The notes under the pieces: model-generated | What the model was told of the DNA's origin: nothing | The model's input: the letters and a program-made list of their open reading frames with translations, nothing else | Databases searched by the model: none | Shown here: positions 22,390 through 63,145 of the stretch, one piece after another | Layout: each line of letters starts with the position of its first letter | Position numbering within the stretch: position 1 is the stretch's first letter | DNA from: the human T2T-CHM13v2.0 reference genome, Homo sapiens | Strand: one strand, 5' to 3' | Assembly: GCF_009914755.1 (NCBI RefSeq) | Contig: NC_060941.1 | Length of the DNA stretch: 64,000 bases | Position numbers and translations under genes: made by a program

Positions 22390-24764
22390 TTAAACTACTG
22401 GTTATACGCAGTGTAAAGAGGGCTAATCAAAAGTCTAGGGTCTGAGTCCCACTTTGCCACCAATTAGCTGTGATATCTACCTGGTCAGTTTACTCCCTGA
22501 GCCTTAGTTTTATCCTCTTGGAGTATTAGGCTATGTCTGGGTACTAAGGACCCTCCCAAGAGGATCCATCACCAAGATCAAGACAGGAGCTGTAGGCAGG
22601 GGAGGTGGCAGCATGGGTGGTCAGGAATGCTTCAAGAGGGCTAAAGTGGCACATCTAGAGAAGGAAAGAAAAGGGGTAGAGGCTCTCCCAATATACAGGA
22701 ATGGCAGGAGGAACAAGAGAGGTAAAGTGTTCAGCCCAGTCTTCAACCTCTGCCACTGCACCAAAGCTAAAAAACCAACTATCATCAAAACTACCTTATC
22801 AACCAGGCCAGAGCCCAGTAAAGGAGAACTTTAAACTCCCAGTAAAGGGAGTTTACCTCCCAAATAGGCTCATCTCTTCATAAAATATATTTTCCTTTGA
22901 AAATTATTAACTTGTCTCCTGAAAAACATAACCACCAGGACTTCACGCTAGAAAACCCAACCCAGGAGCTCAAGGAAGATGGTGGCAACTTTGAGTTTTC
23001 CTCACACCACATCTGTGACCTCAACCCTCTTCTTAACCCTGTCCCAGAACCTCTCTGTCATGGATCAGCTACTCCCAAAGGCAAGTATGACTTCTCTCAG
23101 CTCTGCCCTTTCTCAACCTGACAGCTGTAGCACAACATATTCAAAGGAGAGGCCAAGAAACCCCCCTGGTTAAGAACCAACCTCCGCAGCCTTTATTGAG
23201 AATGAAGAACGATGAGCTGATTTGAATTATTATATCTTTCTACAGCTATTCCCTTTTAAATATTTATCCTGGCAAATACCAGCACCGTTTTTTACAACTT
23301 ATTTGAATTGTGTGACTATTAAGCAAACCAACCCATAAAATCAGCTCTTGCTGCTGGGGTTTATGTGATTCATAGACCACAGCTTATTAAAAAAGGGAAC
23401 CCACTGAGAACAGACTAGCCTCACAAGTGCCCCTCACTATCTCTAGGACAGTGTCAAGCCTTTTCCCAATTCTTGCCTGTGGCTCCCAAACTACCACAGT
23501 TAGTAGCATAGAACATGAACAGAATCTACCCATTTCCTTATGGCTCTTTTTCTTTGTAACAATTCTGATGAGTCTTAACTGGAAGTCAGGGTTAGAACAG
23601 ACTTAAAGGAGACAGTCAAAACTCTTAAGAGGCTCACAAACAGGATAGATGCCGTAGAGGATTTACAGTCAACATCTGTGGAAAGAACTTAATTGAGGAC
23701 TTTGAATAGCTAGGAACAAGCATGAGATATCCTGATTATTCACCACCAGCTTAGTTCTTGTTTGGATCATAAAACTGCTTTGAGACTCCATAAAAGCTCT
23801 TCACCAAAAATGCCCATGCACACAAATGTTTATATAAAATTTCAGGAAATTCAAGGACACCCCTGAGCCCATCCACAGTTCCCCTAGGGGTCTATAAGCC
23901 TCAGTTATTTCTTACTATCACTGTTACCACCCAAGCTGCCTTCATCTCTCCCCTAGATTATTAACATAGCTACCTGACTCATCTCCCAACTTCTCTACAC
24001 AACAACCAGAGTGATAGTGATCCTGTTAAAGCTTAAGTTAGATCACATGACTTCTCGGCTCAATACAATCCACTAGCTTCCCTTCTCACCTGGAATAAAA
24101 GCCAATGTCTTTGCAATGTCTTACAAGACCCTACAGGATCTGTCTCCTTGCTCTTCTCAACCTTAACTCCAGCTGCTCTAGCCACATGGATCTCCTTGCT
24201 ATTGTCCTAAATGACAGTCACATTTTTGGCCTCCAAGCCTTTATCTAATGCTCCATCTACCCTCAATCTGCATGAGGCTGACTCATTTCTTCAAATCTTT
24301 TCTCAGTTGTTACTTGTCAGTGAGGCCTTTCTGACCTCTATTTAAAACTGCCACCCTGCCCCTACCCCGCATGTCCCACCCTCCTCTGCTTTCTTCTTCT
24401 CCATGGCACCCACTGACTTCTTACACCTTATACATTTTACTTCCCTGTTTGTTATTGATCTCCCACACTAGTTTGCTCCATGAGGGCTGGATTTTTGTCT
24501 GCTTTGTTTCGCTACTGTATTACACTCCTGGAATTGTGCCTGATGCAGAGTAGGCACTCAATAAATACTTGACTGACCAATCAATGACTGAGTGATTACA
24601 CTCTGTAGTGGTATGAATGTATCCAGGCTGGGTGGTGCAGGAGAATGTACATTTATTGAAATGCCTCTAAGTGCCAAGCAGTTTGCAAGCTGACATCAGT
24701 CATCTCATTTAATTGGCACCTACAATCCCAAGAGTTATTTTTATCCTCATTTCACCACCAACCC

Positions 24765-25380
24765 AAAAATGAAATACTTAAGCATAAATCTAATACAATA
24801 TGTACAAGAGGTGTATGAGGAAAACTACAAAACTCTAATAAAAGAAATCAAAGACAAACTAATCAATAAATATTCCATCTTCATGGATACAAATACTCAA
24901 TATTGTCAAGATGTCAGTTCTTTCCAATGTAATCTGTATATTCAATACAATCCCAATCAAAATTCCAGTAACTTAGTTTGTGGATATTGGCTTTAGAAAC
25001 TGATTCTAAAGTTTATGTGAAAAAGCAAAAGATTCAGAATAGCCAACACAATATTGGAGGAAGAGAACAAAGTTGGAGGACTGACATTATCTAAGTTGAG
25101 ACTTGCTATAAAGCTACAGGAATCAAGACAGTGTGGTACTGGTCAAAGAACACACAAATAGACCAATGGACCAGAATACACAGCCCACAGACAGATTCAC
25201 ATAAATATAGTCAATGATCTTTGACAAATGACCAAAAGCAATACAAATGAGAAAACAGTCTTTTCAGAAATGGTGTTAGATCAACAAGGGATCCATATGG
25301 CAAAAATTGAATCTAGATAGATCTTACACCCTTCACAGAAATAAACTCAAAATTGATCCGGGACCTAAATGTAAAACTAT
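24765..25380 (+). mobile_element. Degenerate L1 ORF2 fragment
   Basis: KYLSINL..VQEVYEENYKTLIKEIK; aatcaagacagtgtggtactgg; aaactcaaaattgat. Confidence 0.85.
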
Positions 25381-25529
25381 CCCCATTTCACGGTGAAAAC
25401 TGAGACCCGGAAAGTTAAGAAAATAGATGAAAGTTACAGACAGCTGGTAGTGGAACATAATTCAAACCTGTCTGTGCAAATCCAAAGCCCTGCTCTTCCT
25501 ACCACACTTTGCCTCATTCTCCTTGGTAG

Positions 25530-25836
<307 letters not shown>

Positions 25837-26208
25837 AGTTCCCACTTTTCTAAAGAAGTGCAACTGCCGGCTTTCGTACCTAGTTCCATTTCTTGTGTAC
25901 CTAGTTCTATTTCACAGCAGGGGACCTGAATCAGAGAGAATCAGGGGGTTCAGGGAGCTCTCATCAAGCAAAAATCATTTACAGCCTAAGTCTTTGCAAG
26001 TTTATATCAAATATTGTTATGATATAATAAACATCCTTCTAAGGGATCTTATCACTTCCAGAGTTTTATTCATTCATTCCATTCACTCATGAGTTTCATT
26101 CATTATTCACAGATATTTGTTGAGTATCTACTATGTGCCCAGCACTGTTCTAGGCACTGAGCATATAGCACAGATGCCACCCTCTACATGTAGGTTTGAA
26201 ATCTAAGG

Positions 26209-29230
<3,022 letters not shown>

Positions 29231-30219
29231 AAAGACAGATACGGTTGAGGAAACTTAAAAAAATGTAGCAAATGTAGTTGTAGAGACGTGCTCAAGATCA
29301 CTCAATTATCATAGCTAGGACGTGAGTCTCCAGCGACCTTCCAATTGCCTGGTTGAACCAAAGCCCTGGTTCATTCTGCTGCGCATTAAAAGCAGGCTTT
29401 ACTCCCCTCCAAACAGTAGAATCGCAGTTAAACTTAGTCAAACAAACTTAATGTATCCAATACAAAACTCATCTTTCTAACCCTAACACCTCCTCTTCCT
29501 CTCTATTTTCTATTTCAGTTGATGGTACCATTATGTTTCTGCTCACTCAAATTATTATTATTTTATCCATAAACGAGCACTTTATCTAGAAGATCATTTA
29601 AATTCTAAATGATCTTCAAAAACGCACTTTACTCTCCACCCTAACTAGCTGAATCATCTCCCACATGGGTCACTATGAGAGCCTTCTGATTTGTTCCCTT
29701 GCCTCAGTCTCTCCCCACCCAGCTTCAGCAGTATTCCCTAAGACTCTTCATGGCTCTCCGTCCTCTACAGAGTAAAGACGACACTCTTCATCACACAGCA
29801 CAGAATTCTCTCGGGAACCTGTTCTTTGCTTACCTAACAAGGCCCAGTTGTTTGCTCTTCCTAGACTCTGAAGAGGTCACTTACCCTCAGGCTGCTACAT
29901 TTGTAAAAATCGCCATCCCAACTCTCAAAGAGCTGGCTTCAGATTTGAGATAATACACTTTGAATGATATACAATCAAGGAGTTTCTCCTCCATCACTCC
30001 TTTACATTTTATATCTATCTGCTGTTTAGTGCCTCGTCTCAATTCCATGAAAGCTACTGAATACAAACTATTTACTAGGGAGTCTGCGGGACACAAACAG
30101 AGGGATTATATTTAAAAAATAGATTGACGCGATCTTTGCCTTCCCCGACCTCATTACAATATAGTTTCTCCACCAATATCTTTAAAAACAGATCCTCTCT
30201 AACAGTATGAGAAAATCAA

Positions 30220-31150
30220 GGGGAGCCTCGGAAGTTCAGGCCAGGCTGCGTTCCGAGGAGCCGCCACGTCCCCCCACCTCCGCTTCCCGGGCCGCGATTG
30301 CAGGTTGAAAACTACTCCCAAACATCACAGGGCAGGCAGAATGCAACTACGACCCACGTGGCAGACGGGGGCGGGGACCGGTCGCGTGGCCGCGGCCTTG
30401 GCTCTTGCGCCTGCGCGCTGCCTCCCGCTCTAGGACCCGGATTTAAAGAGACAGGCGCTCCAACCGTCGTGGGCTGCCCGCGGCCTGTAATGAGCAAGTT
30501 CCGAGGCCTACGGTGAGCGCCGGAGCCGGAGAGGCAGGTGAGGGGCTACGCGGCGCGGCACGGCGCGGCGGGGCCCGGCGTGGGGAAGGCAGCGGGCCGG
30601 GGCGAGGAGCTCGGCGCGGCCGGGGAGCCAGCCCCCCGGCTCCTCCCCCGCCCGCCTGCGGAGCCCCGGGGCACACCCTCCGTGACGTGGCGGCCCTCCC
30701 GGGAGCCCAGGGGGAGGCTCGCGGCTCCCCGGGACCCCCACGGGGCCGCGTGAGGCGGGGAGGCCGGCGCCCGGGCTGTGTTCCCTGTGGAACCCACGGG
30801 GCCTTCTCGTACCCTGGCCCGGCGTGCGTCCTCCTGCGCTGAACCGGGAGCGCTCGGGTGGGACTCAGGGAGCCTTGATCACTTCCCGCCTGCGTCCCGG
30901 ACCCGGTGGAGGAGCGCTCCTTTCTGCCTCGCCGGGGGTCGCGGCCTACGCCGCCGACCCCACTGTCCCCGCCACTCTCCGACAGCGGCGCGGGAAGCCC
31001 TTCGAGAAAAGCGGCGGCGGCCAGGCCTCAGCGATTTCCTTCTCGGGCCCCTGGGCTGCGGCAGTTGTGAGGGTGCGGAACGAGGGACAGACGGGTTTCC
31101 TCAAAGCTGCATTGTGCCTCCTCGTGGCCCAGCGCCTCCCGAGCCTCCCT
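30220..31150. promoter_or_regulatory. LIG3: LIG3 CpG-island promoter
   Basis: Very CpG/GC-rich; ZNF143-like ACTACTCCCA 30311-30320, E-box CACGTG 30355-30360, GC box 30368-30376, NRF1-like TGCGCCTGCGCG 30406-30417. Confidence 0.85.
30435..30537 (+). other. LIG3: LIG3 non-coding exon 1 (5' boundary approximate)
   Basis: Lies in the CpG island and ends at donor CAG|GTGAGG; exon 2 acceptor at 32916/32917 lies 4 nt before the first ATG. Confidence 0.75.
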
Positions 31151-32275
31151 CAAGTCCACTCCTTTCATTATTGGGGCCCTAGAGGTTGCTCTGTAAATTG
31201 ATCTTCTAGGAAAAGTGTTGAAACTCACTTGTTCTGACCTCCTTTTATGGGTCTGCCGTACTTCCACTTACCTCACCTCTGTGGTTCTTAAACTTTGGGA
31301 GTTATATAGCCCTTTGTGAATATCACGAAAGTGATAGACCTCCTCCAAAAAACCGTGCATTTTTATCGAATGTACATTTTGTATACATTTTTAGAGAGCT
31401 CAGAACAGCCTCCCTCCCCCACAACCAGCGCATTCATGGATTCCTTGTAATTTTCCCAACTACCCTGTGAGGTAGGTATTATTTACCCTGCTTTAGAAAT
31501 AAGAAAACAGATGCAGATAAATTAAGAGTTTTCTCCGAGGTAACAGTCAGTAAACTGTACAGTCAGACTTGCACTCCCATCCCTTATTCCAGGTCCACCA
31601 GCTTTCCTTCACATCATGTTGCACTACAGTAAGCAAAGCCTGCTTTTTATTATAACGTGACAGCAATTTTGCTTCACAGCGTGTGCAGACTGAACATAAT
31701 TCCAGTATACTTAAAACTAGGACTATAAAATGCTTTAGAAAACATGAATATAAGAAGATGCTGATATAATCTTTTTCCATTTGGATTGATTTATGAGTTC
31801 CTGTGAGTCTTGCTGCCCAGTGACTTCAGCATTCTCTGATTCAAGTTGCTGAATGATAAACAGGTTAATTGCACATCGGAAGCCTCTTCTTGAAAGATAA
31901 CGACGTCACCGATCATAATAGGAGCTGACGTTAATGAGAGCTCTTGCTGTGTGCCCAACTGTTTTAAGGGTTTTACTCTTAGAACAGCTCTTTAAGTTAG
32001 GCCCCATAATTAGCCACATTTTACAGATAAGGAAGCTCAGGAACAGAGGTAAGAAACCCATCAAGGTTATACAGCTGGTAAGTGGCTGAGTTAGGATTTG
32101 AACTCAGGCAGTCTGATTCCAGGCTCTGCTTAGTTGTCTCTCAATATAGGGATTCTAACTCAATTCCAAATCTATATAGTGGCTTGATTTCTGAGGATGG
32201 CATATGTGTTAAACTTCACAATAAAAACTTCATGAACATAATGTAATTTTTACTGGTGATTAAAACGAAACTTCA

Positions 32276-32599
<324 letters not shown>

Positions 32600-32920
32600 T
32601 TAAAGGTCATCATCCATTATGAGTATCATATGTTGCTGATGGCCTAAAAAGAGCTTTTATGTTATTTGGATTTTCTTCATTGTGATGTACTAGATGTACA
32701 TGTGTGCATTAGATAATTGAACATCCTGCTGCGAGCTGGCTTTTCCTGTATCAGAACTCTTTCATGCTGTAGAGTAGACTATGAATGTAATACTTTGGAA
32801 AGTGTTTGATTAGTCATCATGGACTATATAAGACGCTGGCCTTTGGAAAATTGGAAGCCTATCTCCTTGTTTATATCTTTTTTTTTTTTTTTTTGGCCTC
32901 CTACTCTTTCGTACAGCTAT

Positions 32921-54422
<21,502 letters not shown>

Positions 54423-54701
54423 GTTTGCTGTCTTCCCTCTCCCTCAGGCCATACTCTCCTTTACCATACTACTGGACTGGACTCAGGCTGGAGGCAGATA
54501 GACACAGTATAGGGGGAATGGGCTTGCTTCTCCCAAACCCACCAGTTCTCCACTGTCTCTTCTGGACCAGGAATTAGTTGCTGTGGGTGCCACAGCTGAA
54601 GTCAGTTTGTCTTGCTGGTTTAAATAGATCTTTCAGAGCTGGGTGCTGGGTTTGCCATCTTTTTGTTTTCTTTGAAAAGCAGCTTAGTTACCCTTTTTAT
54701 A

Positions 54702-54707
54702 AATAAA
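54702..54707 (+). terminator. LIG3: Putative proximal LIG3-alpha poly(A) signal
   Basis: First AATAAA after the stop codon, with U-rich flanks. Confidence 0.55.
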
Positions 54708-55167
54708 ATATCTTGCAGTTATCTTTGTCCTTTCCCCACCTACACCCCCAATAATTTCCCTAGAGATTAAGGAGTAAAGGCTGGGCTATGGCAGCTCTGT
54801 CCACAAAGCCTTCTCTCCCATCCTTGCCTGTTCCTTTGTACTTCCAGGCTCATTTTAAAGTTGTATTTAAAGGACTGCCCTCGGAAATGCTTCTGTTTAG
54901 CGGAACTTGTATTCAGCCTGACACGCTTTGCCAGGAACAAACCTCATGTGAAAGAAAACAAAATGAATTTTTTTACTTTCTTCTCTGTGTTCTCCTATTA
55001 CATGGTGAGGATCCCCAGTTTGAAGGGAGGGGACTAGGGTCAGGTAGGAAAATGGGGCCTTTATGAAGAAAGGGGAGGTTATTTGGGCCACTCCTCTGGA
55101 GGGATAGAGGGCTCCAGGAAGATCTGCATCCCCAAAACCTGGAAACAAGACTGTTCTTTAAGAATAA

Positions 55168-55968
<801 letters not shown>

Positions 55969-56084
55969 AATAAAAATCCACACCTGAGAACAGATCCATA
56001 CAACCTGCTTACAAAGAACAGCTCCTGTGCTACCTGAGGCTGATTTATTTGAAGAACAAAAGGAAGAGAGACAATTTAGTGTAG

Positions 56085-56277
56085 ACAAGTGCTATTCAAT
56101 AGAACTTTTTGCAGCAGTGGAAATATCCATAAATCTGCAGTATCCAACCAAACTAGCCACAGACAGCTGCTGAGCAATTGAAATGAAGCTGGCACAACTA
56201 AGGAACTGAAGTTCTTATTTTAATTCAACTTCAAATGGTCACATGTCACTAGTGACTACCACACTGGACAGTGCAGG
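56085..56277. mobile_element. MER3-like hAT remnant
   Basis: gtgctattcaatagaactttttgc...ctagtgactaccacactggacagtgcag. Confidence 0.65.
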
Positions 56278-57652
56278 TGTAGACGGAGTTCAGATCAGAC
56301 TCCTGAAACTTAATGGCTCTAACCTTAGGCAAGTTACGTTAACATCTAAGCCTCAATCCCTCCAAGTAGAATGGGTGCACCTAAATCATAGGGTTGTCCT
56401 GTTGTCCTGAGCAACATTATGTAAAGCACTTAGCCCAGAGCCTAGCACATAGTTATCTAGAGTTGGGAACGTCACTCCTGGTGTGCATGTCCAGACCCTA
56501 CCCGGGAGAAGGGCCTAACCTATGACTTTAGAACCCTCAGTTGCAGGTGTGCATGTTCCAGCCAACACTCCACTCTGAGTGCAGGCTCATCAGGACACCA
56601 TATGGTTGTAAACTGGCTGCCATGTCCCAATCCTTCCAGCTCTTGAGGGTCAGTTCTCACCTTATGAACAAATTAACAGGCTCTGGACCTATAAGATCAA
56701 GGACCACTGCGCCCCCTGGCCACCCCACCGCCCCCCCCCAACTTTGATCTGATTGACTTTGGCTTCCACCTACTGTTTAAAATGTGTATGTTGGGGGAGT
56801 AGGGACAGCACGGGGGAGGGGTTTACTTTCCTGACTCTAGCCCAGGACATTTGGTGTTTTTGAATAGGCACCATTCAGCCTTGCTTCAGTATTAGGAATA
56901 AGATACTTTTTATTCCATCCTCTATGGAGACAAAAAGCTGCTCCTCCTTTGAGTACTGACCTACATAGATTTCCATTTCTCTCTTCAGCCTCAGGCCAAA
57001 CAAACAACCGGACAGGGCAGCAGAACAAGGCTGTCTCCTCAGGATCCTGCCAAAGGCACTGTCCTCTCCAACCTGGACCCAGCCCCACTTGCCCTTATTG
57101 GTTGCTTACACCCAGAGTGCACACTCACAGGAAAGGGCCTCTGCTGGCTGCAGGTGATCATCTTGTCCCTTCTCTGCCTTAGTGTGTGTTATTGCCATTT
57201 CAATGTCAGTGGTTTTTTATGTATTTTCTTCCAGTCTTTGCTGCTGAGATCTGACTGTATATACTATTTTGTATCCTTTCATGTATTTCTTTCATGTATT
57301 TCAATGCAGCCCTCAACATCATCATCATAAATCTCTCCAGCAGAATGCTGGAGGCCTCCCTCTTCTGAACCTCTACATGCTGCTGGCTGGCATCAAGCAG
57401 AGGTCATCACTGGGTGCTGAACAGGTCAGCTCCCTAGGGCAATGTGAGCAAAGTGTTGTGGCTCATCCTCGATCCTTTATGCCCTTTTGGCAAGATTCCT
57501 TTCTCTTCTCAGTCACAGCAGATGGACACATAATCTTGTTCTCCCAGGGGCTGCATTCTCAGTAGTCTTTTCCCTGCTCCTTGGGCGCCTGGTCAGGGAG
57601 GTTTGTACAAGCCTGCGCACACACAGCAGTCTGTCACGAGGCTGGGCCAACC

Positions 57653-57956
57653 TTTTTTTTTTTTTTAAACAGACTCTTGCTCTGTCATTCAGGCTGGAGT
57701 GCAGTGGTGCAATCTCAGCTCACTGCAACCTCTGCTTCCCGGGTTCACAAGCAATTCTCATGCCTCAGCCTCCCAAGTGGCTAAGACTTAACAAACAGGC
57801 ACACACCATCACTCGCAGCTAAGTTTTTGTATTTTTAGTAGAGACCACGTTTCGCCATGTTGTCCAGACTGGTCTCAAACTCCTGGCCTCGAGTCATCCA
57901 CGCACCTCAGCCTCCCAAAGTGCTGGGATTACAGGCGTGAGCCATGGCGCCCAGCC
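57653..57956 (-). mobile_element. Alu with TSD CTGGGCCAACCTTTT
   Basis: Alu consensus; the repeat flanks both sides. Confidence 0.9.
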
Positions 57957-58242
57957 TGGGCCAACCTTTTCTGAGCCATAGTCCAGCTGTACTACAGCTG
58001 TATCCAAAAGGTACCATGTATCTCCCAGGGTAACCTGAAGACCTAACTGGGCATACTAACTGTCCTCAGATTTCAGTTCTTTAAGGCCCATCTCTTCTAG
58101 ATCAGTGTAAATATCTGAACTCACTTGGTGCTTCAACCCAATTGGTCTTGGGATTCATCCTTTACCTACCCAGCTCTCATTCTCTTCTAGGTTGTTCCAT
58201 GGCCTCTTCCATATATTACATTTGTGGTCTTGAGCAAGTTAG

Positions 58243-58978
<736 letters not shown>

Positions 58979-59044
58979 TCTTTTGTCAGTCCTATCAACC
59001 TCTAACATCCTCGCACCAGACAGGACAGGTGTCTGTATTGAAAC

Positions 59045-59050
59045 TTTATT
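59045..59050 (-). terminator. RFFL: Putative RFFL poly(A) signal
   Basis: TTTATT on plus = AATAAA on minus, near the border between unique UTR and the Alu block. Confidence 0.6.
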
Positions 59051-60387
59051 ACAAAATTATAAAGCAGAGCTCTGTAACAAAATAATACACATTTGGGTTT
59101 GCTTTAACCTCCAAGTAAGTCTGAGAAAATCTTAATAAAAGCCACTTGAAGTAACAATTCACATCCAAGAGATTTCCACAAATTTATACAATGTATATTG
59201 AGCACTAGTTCCTGTACAGCTTATTCTTATTAGTTTGGATCCAACTATTCCAATGTATTATGAACCAGTCAGCTATCTGTCTTTTGAAACAAGTCTTAAC
59301 TGAAATCTCAGAGTAATCAGCAAAAGCTACGGAATAATTCTAAGAATTAGATGTTTCCATATCATTAAAACCAAGGATCCATGAGGGGCAGAAGGGAGGA
59401 TTCAAAGATTTAAAAAAAATCAAATTTTAGACCTTGGTTAAATATTAACTGGAATGGGATCTTGGAACTCCCAACTTTAATTTGGTGTAATAAAAATGAT
59501 GCAAAAAAAAAAAAAATCAGGGTTGTTTGACACCTTTTTTCCTAAAGGGAAACCTTCACCAAAAGGGGATAAAAGATTTAAAGGCAAAATGAGTAAACAA
59601 CCTCAGTTTTAATTCTTACTGAGGTTACTAACCAGCTATCAGTATATTATTTTCGATTTGTGTCTAGGAGGGAAACTGAAGAGGAGGTAAGGCTTCAGCA
59701 GAGAAAGCAGGTTGTAAGTAGAGAGCCAGCTTCTGCCCTTAAGTTACTGCTAGATCTTAGCTGAATTGCACATACATAGACCTGTTTTACAGAGGAACTG
59801 AGTAGCTGAATGAATGATCCTTTGCTAATTGGTAGGCATTGTAAACTATAGTATTTACTGCCCATGACAAAAGTGGAAAGGGATGTCTTCATGAGCAAAT
59901 CTGATTCCCCCAACTCCTGCAAAGGCTGTGGTTCAGAATCAAATCATCCAGGACTTTGTATAACATTGAGGTAAGTGGCCCAGTGTTCAGTTGACTAGTT
60001 TATGCAGTTATTTCATTCCTCCAAAGGGGTTTAGTGGTTGGTGATGGAAGAAAGCATAAATATGTCTGTACCAATGTAATAAGTCCCTTTAGAGGTTTCC
60101 CTCTGCCATCCAGAGTCATGATTGGTTCTAGTCTCAGATTTTTCAGCTGCATGGGAGGGGTAAGGGGTGGGAGGTGTCTGCCAAGGCGTTTAGGGTTTGC
60201 ATAGTTCATCCATTGGTAATGGGAAAACACTCTGCTTTCCTGATCATGTGTTTTGTGCTTGGCCACGCTTCTGCAGCAAACTCTTAAGTCCTCCAGCTCC
60301 TCTAGGGGTGTAAAGACTGTGAGGGCTCAAATACATCACCTACTCATTGCATGGTCCTTCCTAAAGAGCCTAGAAAATGGTTTCTCC

Positions 60388-60705
<318 letters not shown>

Positions 60706-61883
60706 TCAGTGGGCTAGGAAAGGGAATGAAAGTAGGGTCTCCTCACTCCCCACCAACCTGGGAAATAAAGACTTGAACTGTCGGCTTACAACAGAATCCA
60801 GTCTCATTCAGTACCTCCTGAAAGCTCTTAAGTGCTCTGTCTTAACATTTGCTCTCCAGGAACTTCAACAGCAGTCTGGCCAGAGAAGAGCACAGGCTCT
60901 TTGCCTAAATCTATTTCTTCAATGAAACCAAATTTAAAACTACCATGGATAAGGGAGGGATTTCATTTTCAGCGAAAAGTGGCTTAAGACTTCTAGTTGG
61001 GAAAAGGATCAGAAGCCAAGCCAAAATTAAGGAGAAGGCCACTGCCTCCACCCATTGCTTCCCCTTTCCGCATAAACTAAGGATGGTGCAAATCAGGTCC
61101 CAAGAGAAGCAGCAGCAGGGATTATGCACGCACTATCCCTTGCAGACAGAAACAAATTTCCCAGCAGTTTGGGAGCCTGATGTTTTGTTGGCTCCCAGAG
61201 TCAGGTCAGGAGACCAACAGCTTCCAATCCCAGCATTTAATGAAGTGGCTTTTAACAACTTTGAAATTTTTCTATAGCATTTGTATTTCATTTCTCACCA
61301 AAGATAAGTTTACTGGTCTAAAATCTGTCCTAAGGACCACTATCGGTCTGGTAAACTAACATTTTTGGTCCAAAGAAACAAATGGATTTAGGCAATGTAG
61401 CAAGAGACTTTAGCAAAGATAGTTAAAGCACAGAAAGCCGGAGAGACCAGAAATTTAAATCCGAATGTGCTGGGGAGGAGGACTTCTGATTGATGAAACA
61501 CATGGGCAAGCATCTCCCATATGGGGTGGGGATGGGTTGGGTACAGGAGGAGGGGTGAAACTGTCTAGGTTCAGGGAGGAAGACAGGACCCAAGTTCTGG
61601 AAAGTTCTCTGTTCATCAGTTACCATCATCACTCCAAGATCACTGAACCAAGAACATACCCATGTGATTTATACAAGTTCCCACTGGCCTTGGGCTTTGC
61701 CAGCCAAGAGGTACACCCCTGGGAAGACAGGCATGCTCAGGGGTGACATGGCATCTTGCTTGACCTGGTTTTGGGAACCCTGCAATATTTCTACTAGCTT
61801 GCTCCTCTGCAAGCTGGCCAACCCTGAGCCCAGACACCCCAGGCTATTTCCCTGTAAGGCACTGAAGAAACCGATGCAAGCTC

Positions 61884-62065
61884 TCAGGACCGGAAGACAT
61901 GCACAGCTCGGATTACATACTGCCGGCAGATGGGACATTCATTCATGCGCTTGCCACACTTGGTACAGGTTACCATGTGGCCACACTCCAGAAGAACACA
62001 GTCAATGGGTGAGTCCATGCAGATCTTACACAGGTTCTCCTCCAAGCCTGATGGTACTGCTCCCC
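61884..62065 (-). CDS. RFFL: RFFL (rififylin/CARP2) last coding exon, C3HC4 RING domain; upstream exons lie beyond the window end
   Basis: tgtacag|GG acceptor; [59 protein letters not shown]. Confidence 0.95.
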
Positions 62066-62929
62066 CTGTACAAACACACAGGGCAGAAAAAAAGGGGCAG
62101 AGGAGTGAGGAGAATGTCTTAAGTGTATAGGGGTGACTGGGGGAGGGAGGTGGGAGATAACAGGTACATTGTAAACAAAGTCTCAGTGCACATGCTTCCC
62201 TCAAATAGAGCTCCTCCGAGGAAACATTTCCTCAATAACCAACTCTGGTTACTTGTTTAATCCACACTTCATCCCCTCCAACAGGTAAAGATTTGAAAAG
62301 TACACAGCACTTGTGGATCAGACACATCCCAGAACATGAGAACTAAGGCAAAGTTCTCAAAGCTTAAAAGAAATAATTTTCAGACTGTTGGGGCTGTAAT
62401 ATAGTGAGTGTGTGAGTGGCACGTAGGGACTCATTATCCCCTGAGGCAGAACAGGCTAAAAAGATAAAACTGGTTCAGAAAAGTTTAGATAGAAATGGAA
62501 CTGTGATGAATGGTTCATTAAGGATCACAAGGCTTTATCTATAAACATATCCTCCATTTAATAAAGTCAGGGATCATGGGGGACCCCTCTGCTATCTCAC
62601 AAACTACTCCCAGGTTTCCTGAGGAAACTTCCTGGTGGAGAAACTTGGCAGAGATTACTGCTCCCTCTTTCTACCCCCACAAAACTTTTTTATACCCCCA
62701 TGACTGCTTATCACATTGGATTAAAATTTTGAGTTTGCCTACTTACTCCCAGAGTAGACTATGAGCTCTTTAATTCAACATATTCAATCAATTTTTACAA
62801 TTATATGCTTAGCATTTATTCCATGCTCCAAGGTTAGATATTCATCTTTGAAGCCCCCAATGCCAGTTATATGGTAGGTACTCTAAATGTCTGATGAATG
62901 AACATCTTCCCAAGGGAATGACAACATCC

Positions 62930-63145
62930 CACATTTACTGAATGCTTACCGTGTGCCAGGCAGGGTCCTGAAAGCTTTGCATGTGTTAACTCACTGAAGC
63001 CTCACAAAAACTATAAAGTAGGACCTCTTGTTATTTTCATTTTATAGATGAGGCCAACTGGGGCAAAAAAGTTAAGTGGCTTGCCCAAGGGCACAAAGCT
63101 GCTAAGTCGAGGAGCCAGGATTCAAACCCAGGCAGGCTGGCCCCA
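62930..63145 (-). mobile_element. MIR (one of many MIR/L2 remnants; others at ~1240-1420, 4740-4965, 18410-18600, 19430-19650, 31915-32130)
   Basis: cattttatagatgagg...ttaagtggcttgcccaagg...ggattcaaacccaggca MIR core. Confidence 0.8.

Noticed and set aside
22812-22856. 9-bp hairpin TAAACTCCC/GGGAGTTTA with repeated CCCAGTAAAGG
   Set aside because: Too short to distinguish from chance in 64 kb; no functional context.
24769-24996. 75-aa ORF resembling a retroelement protein
   Set aside because: Frameshifted dead L1 ORF2 fragment.
30298-31267. Many overlapping Gly/Pro/Arg/Ala-rich ORFs on both strands
   Set aside because: Expected stop-codon scarcity in a GC-rich CpG island; only the short ATG uORF at 30490 was kept.
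32819-32916. N-terminal part of the 229-aa ORF upstream of LIG3 Met1
   Set aside because: Intron 1 sequence (poly-T tract and acceptor) that happens to be open.
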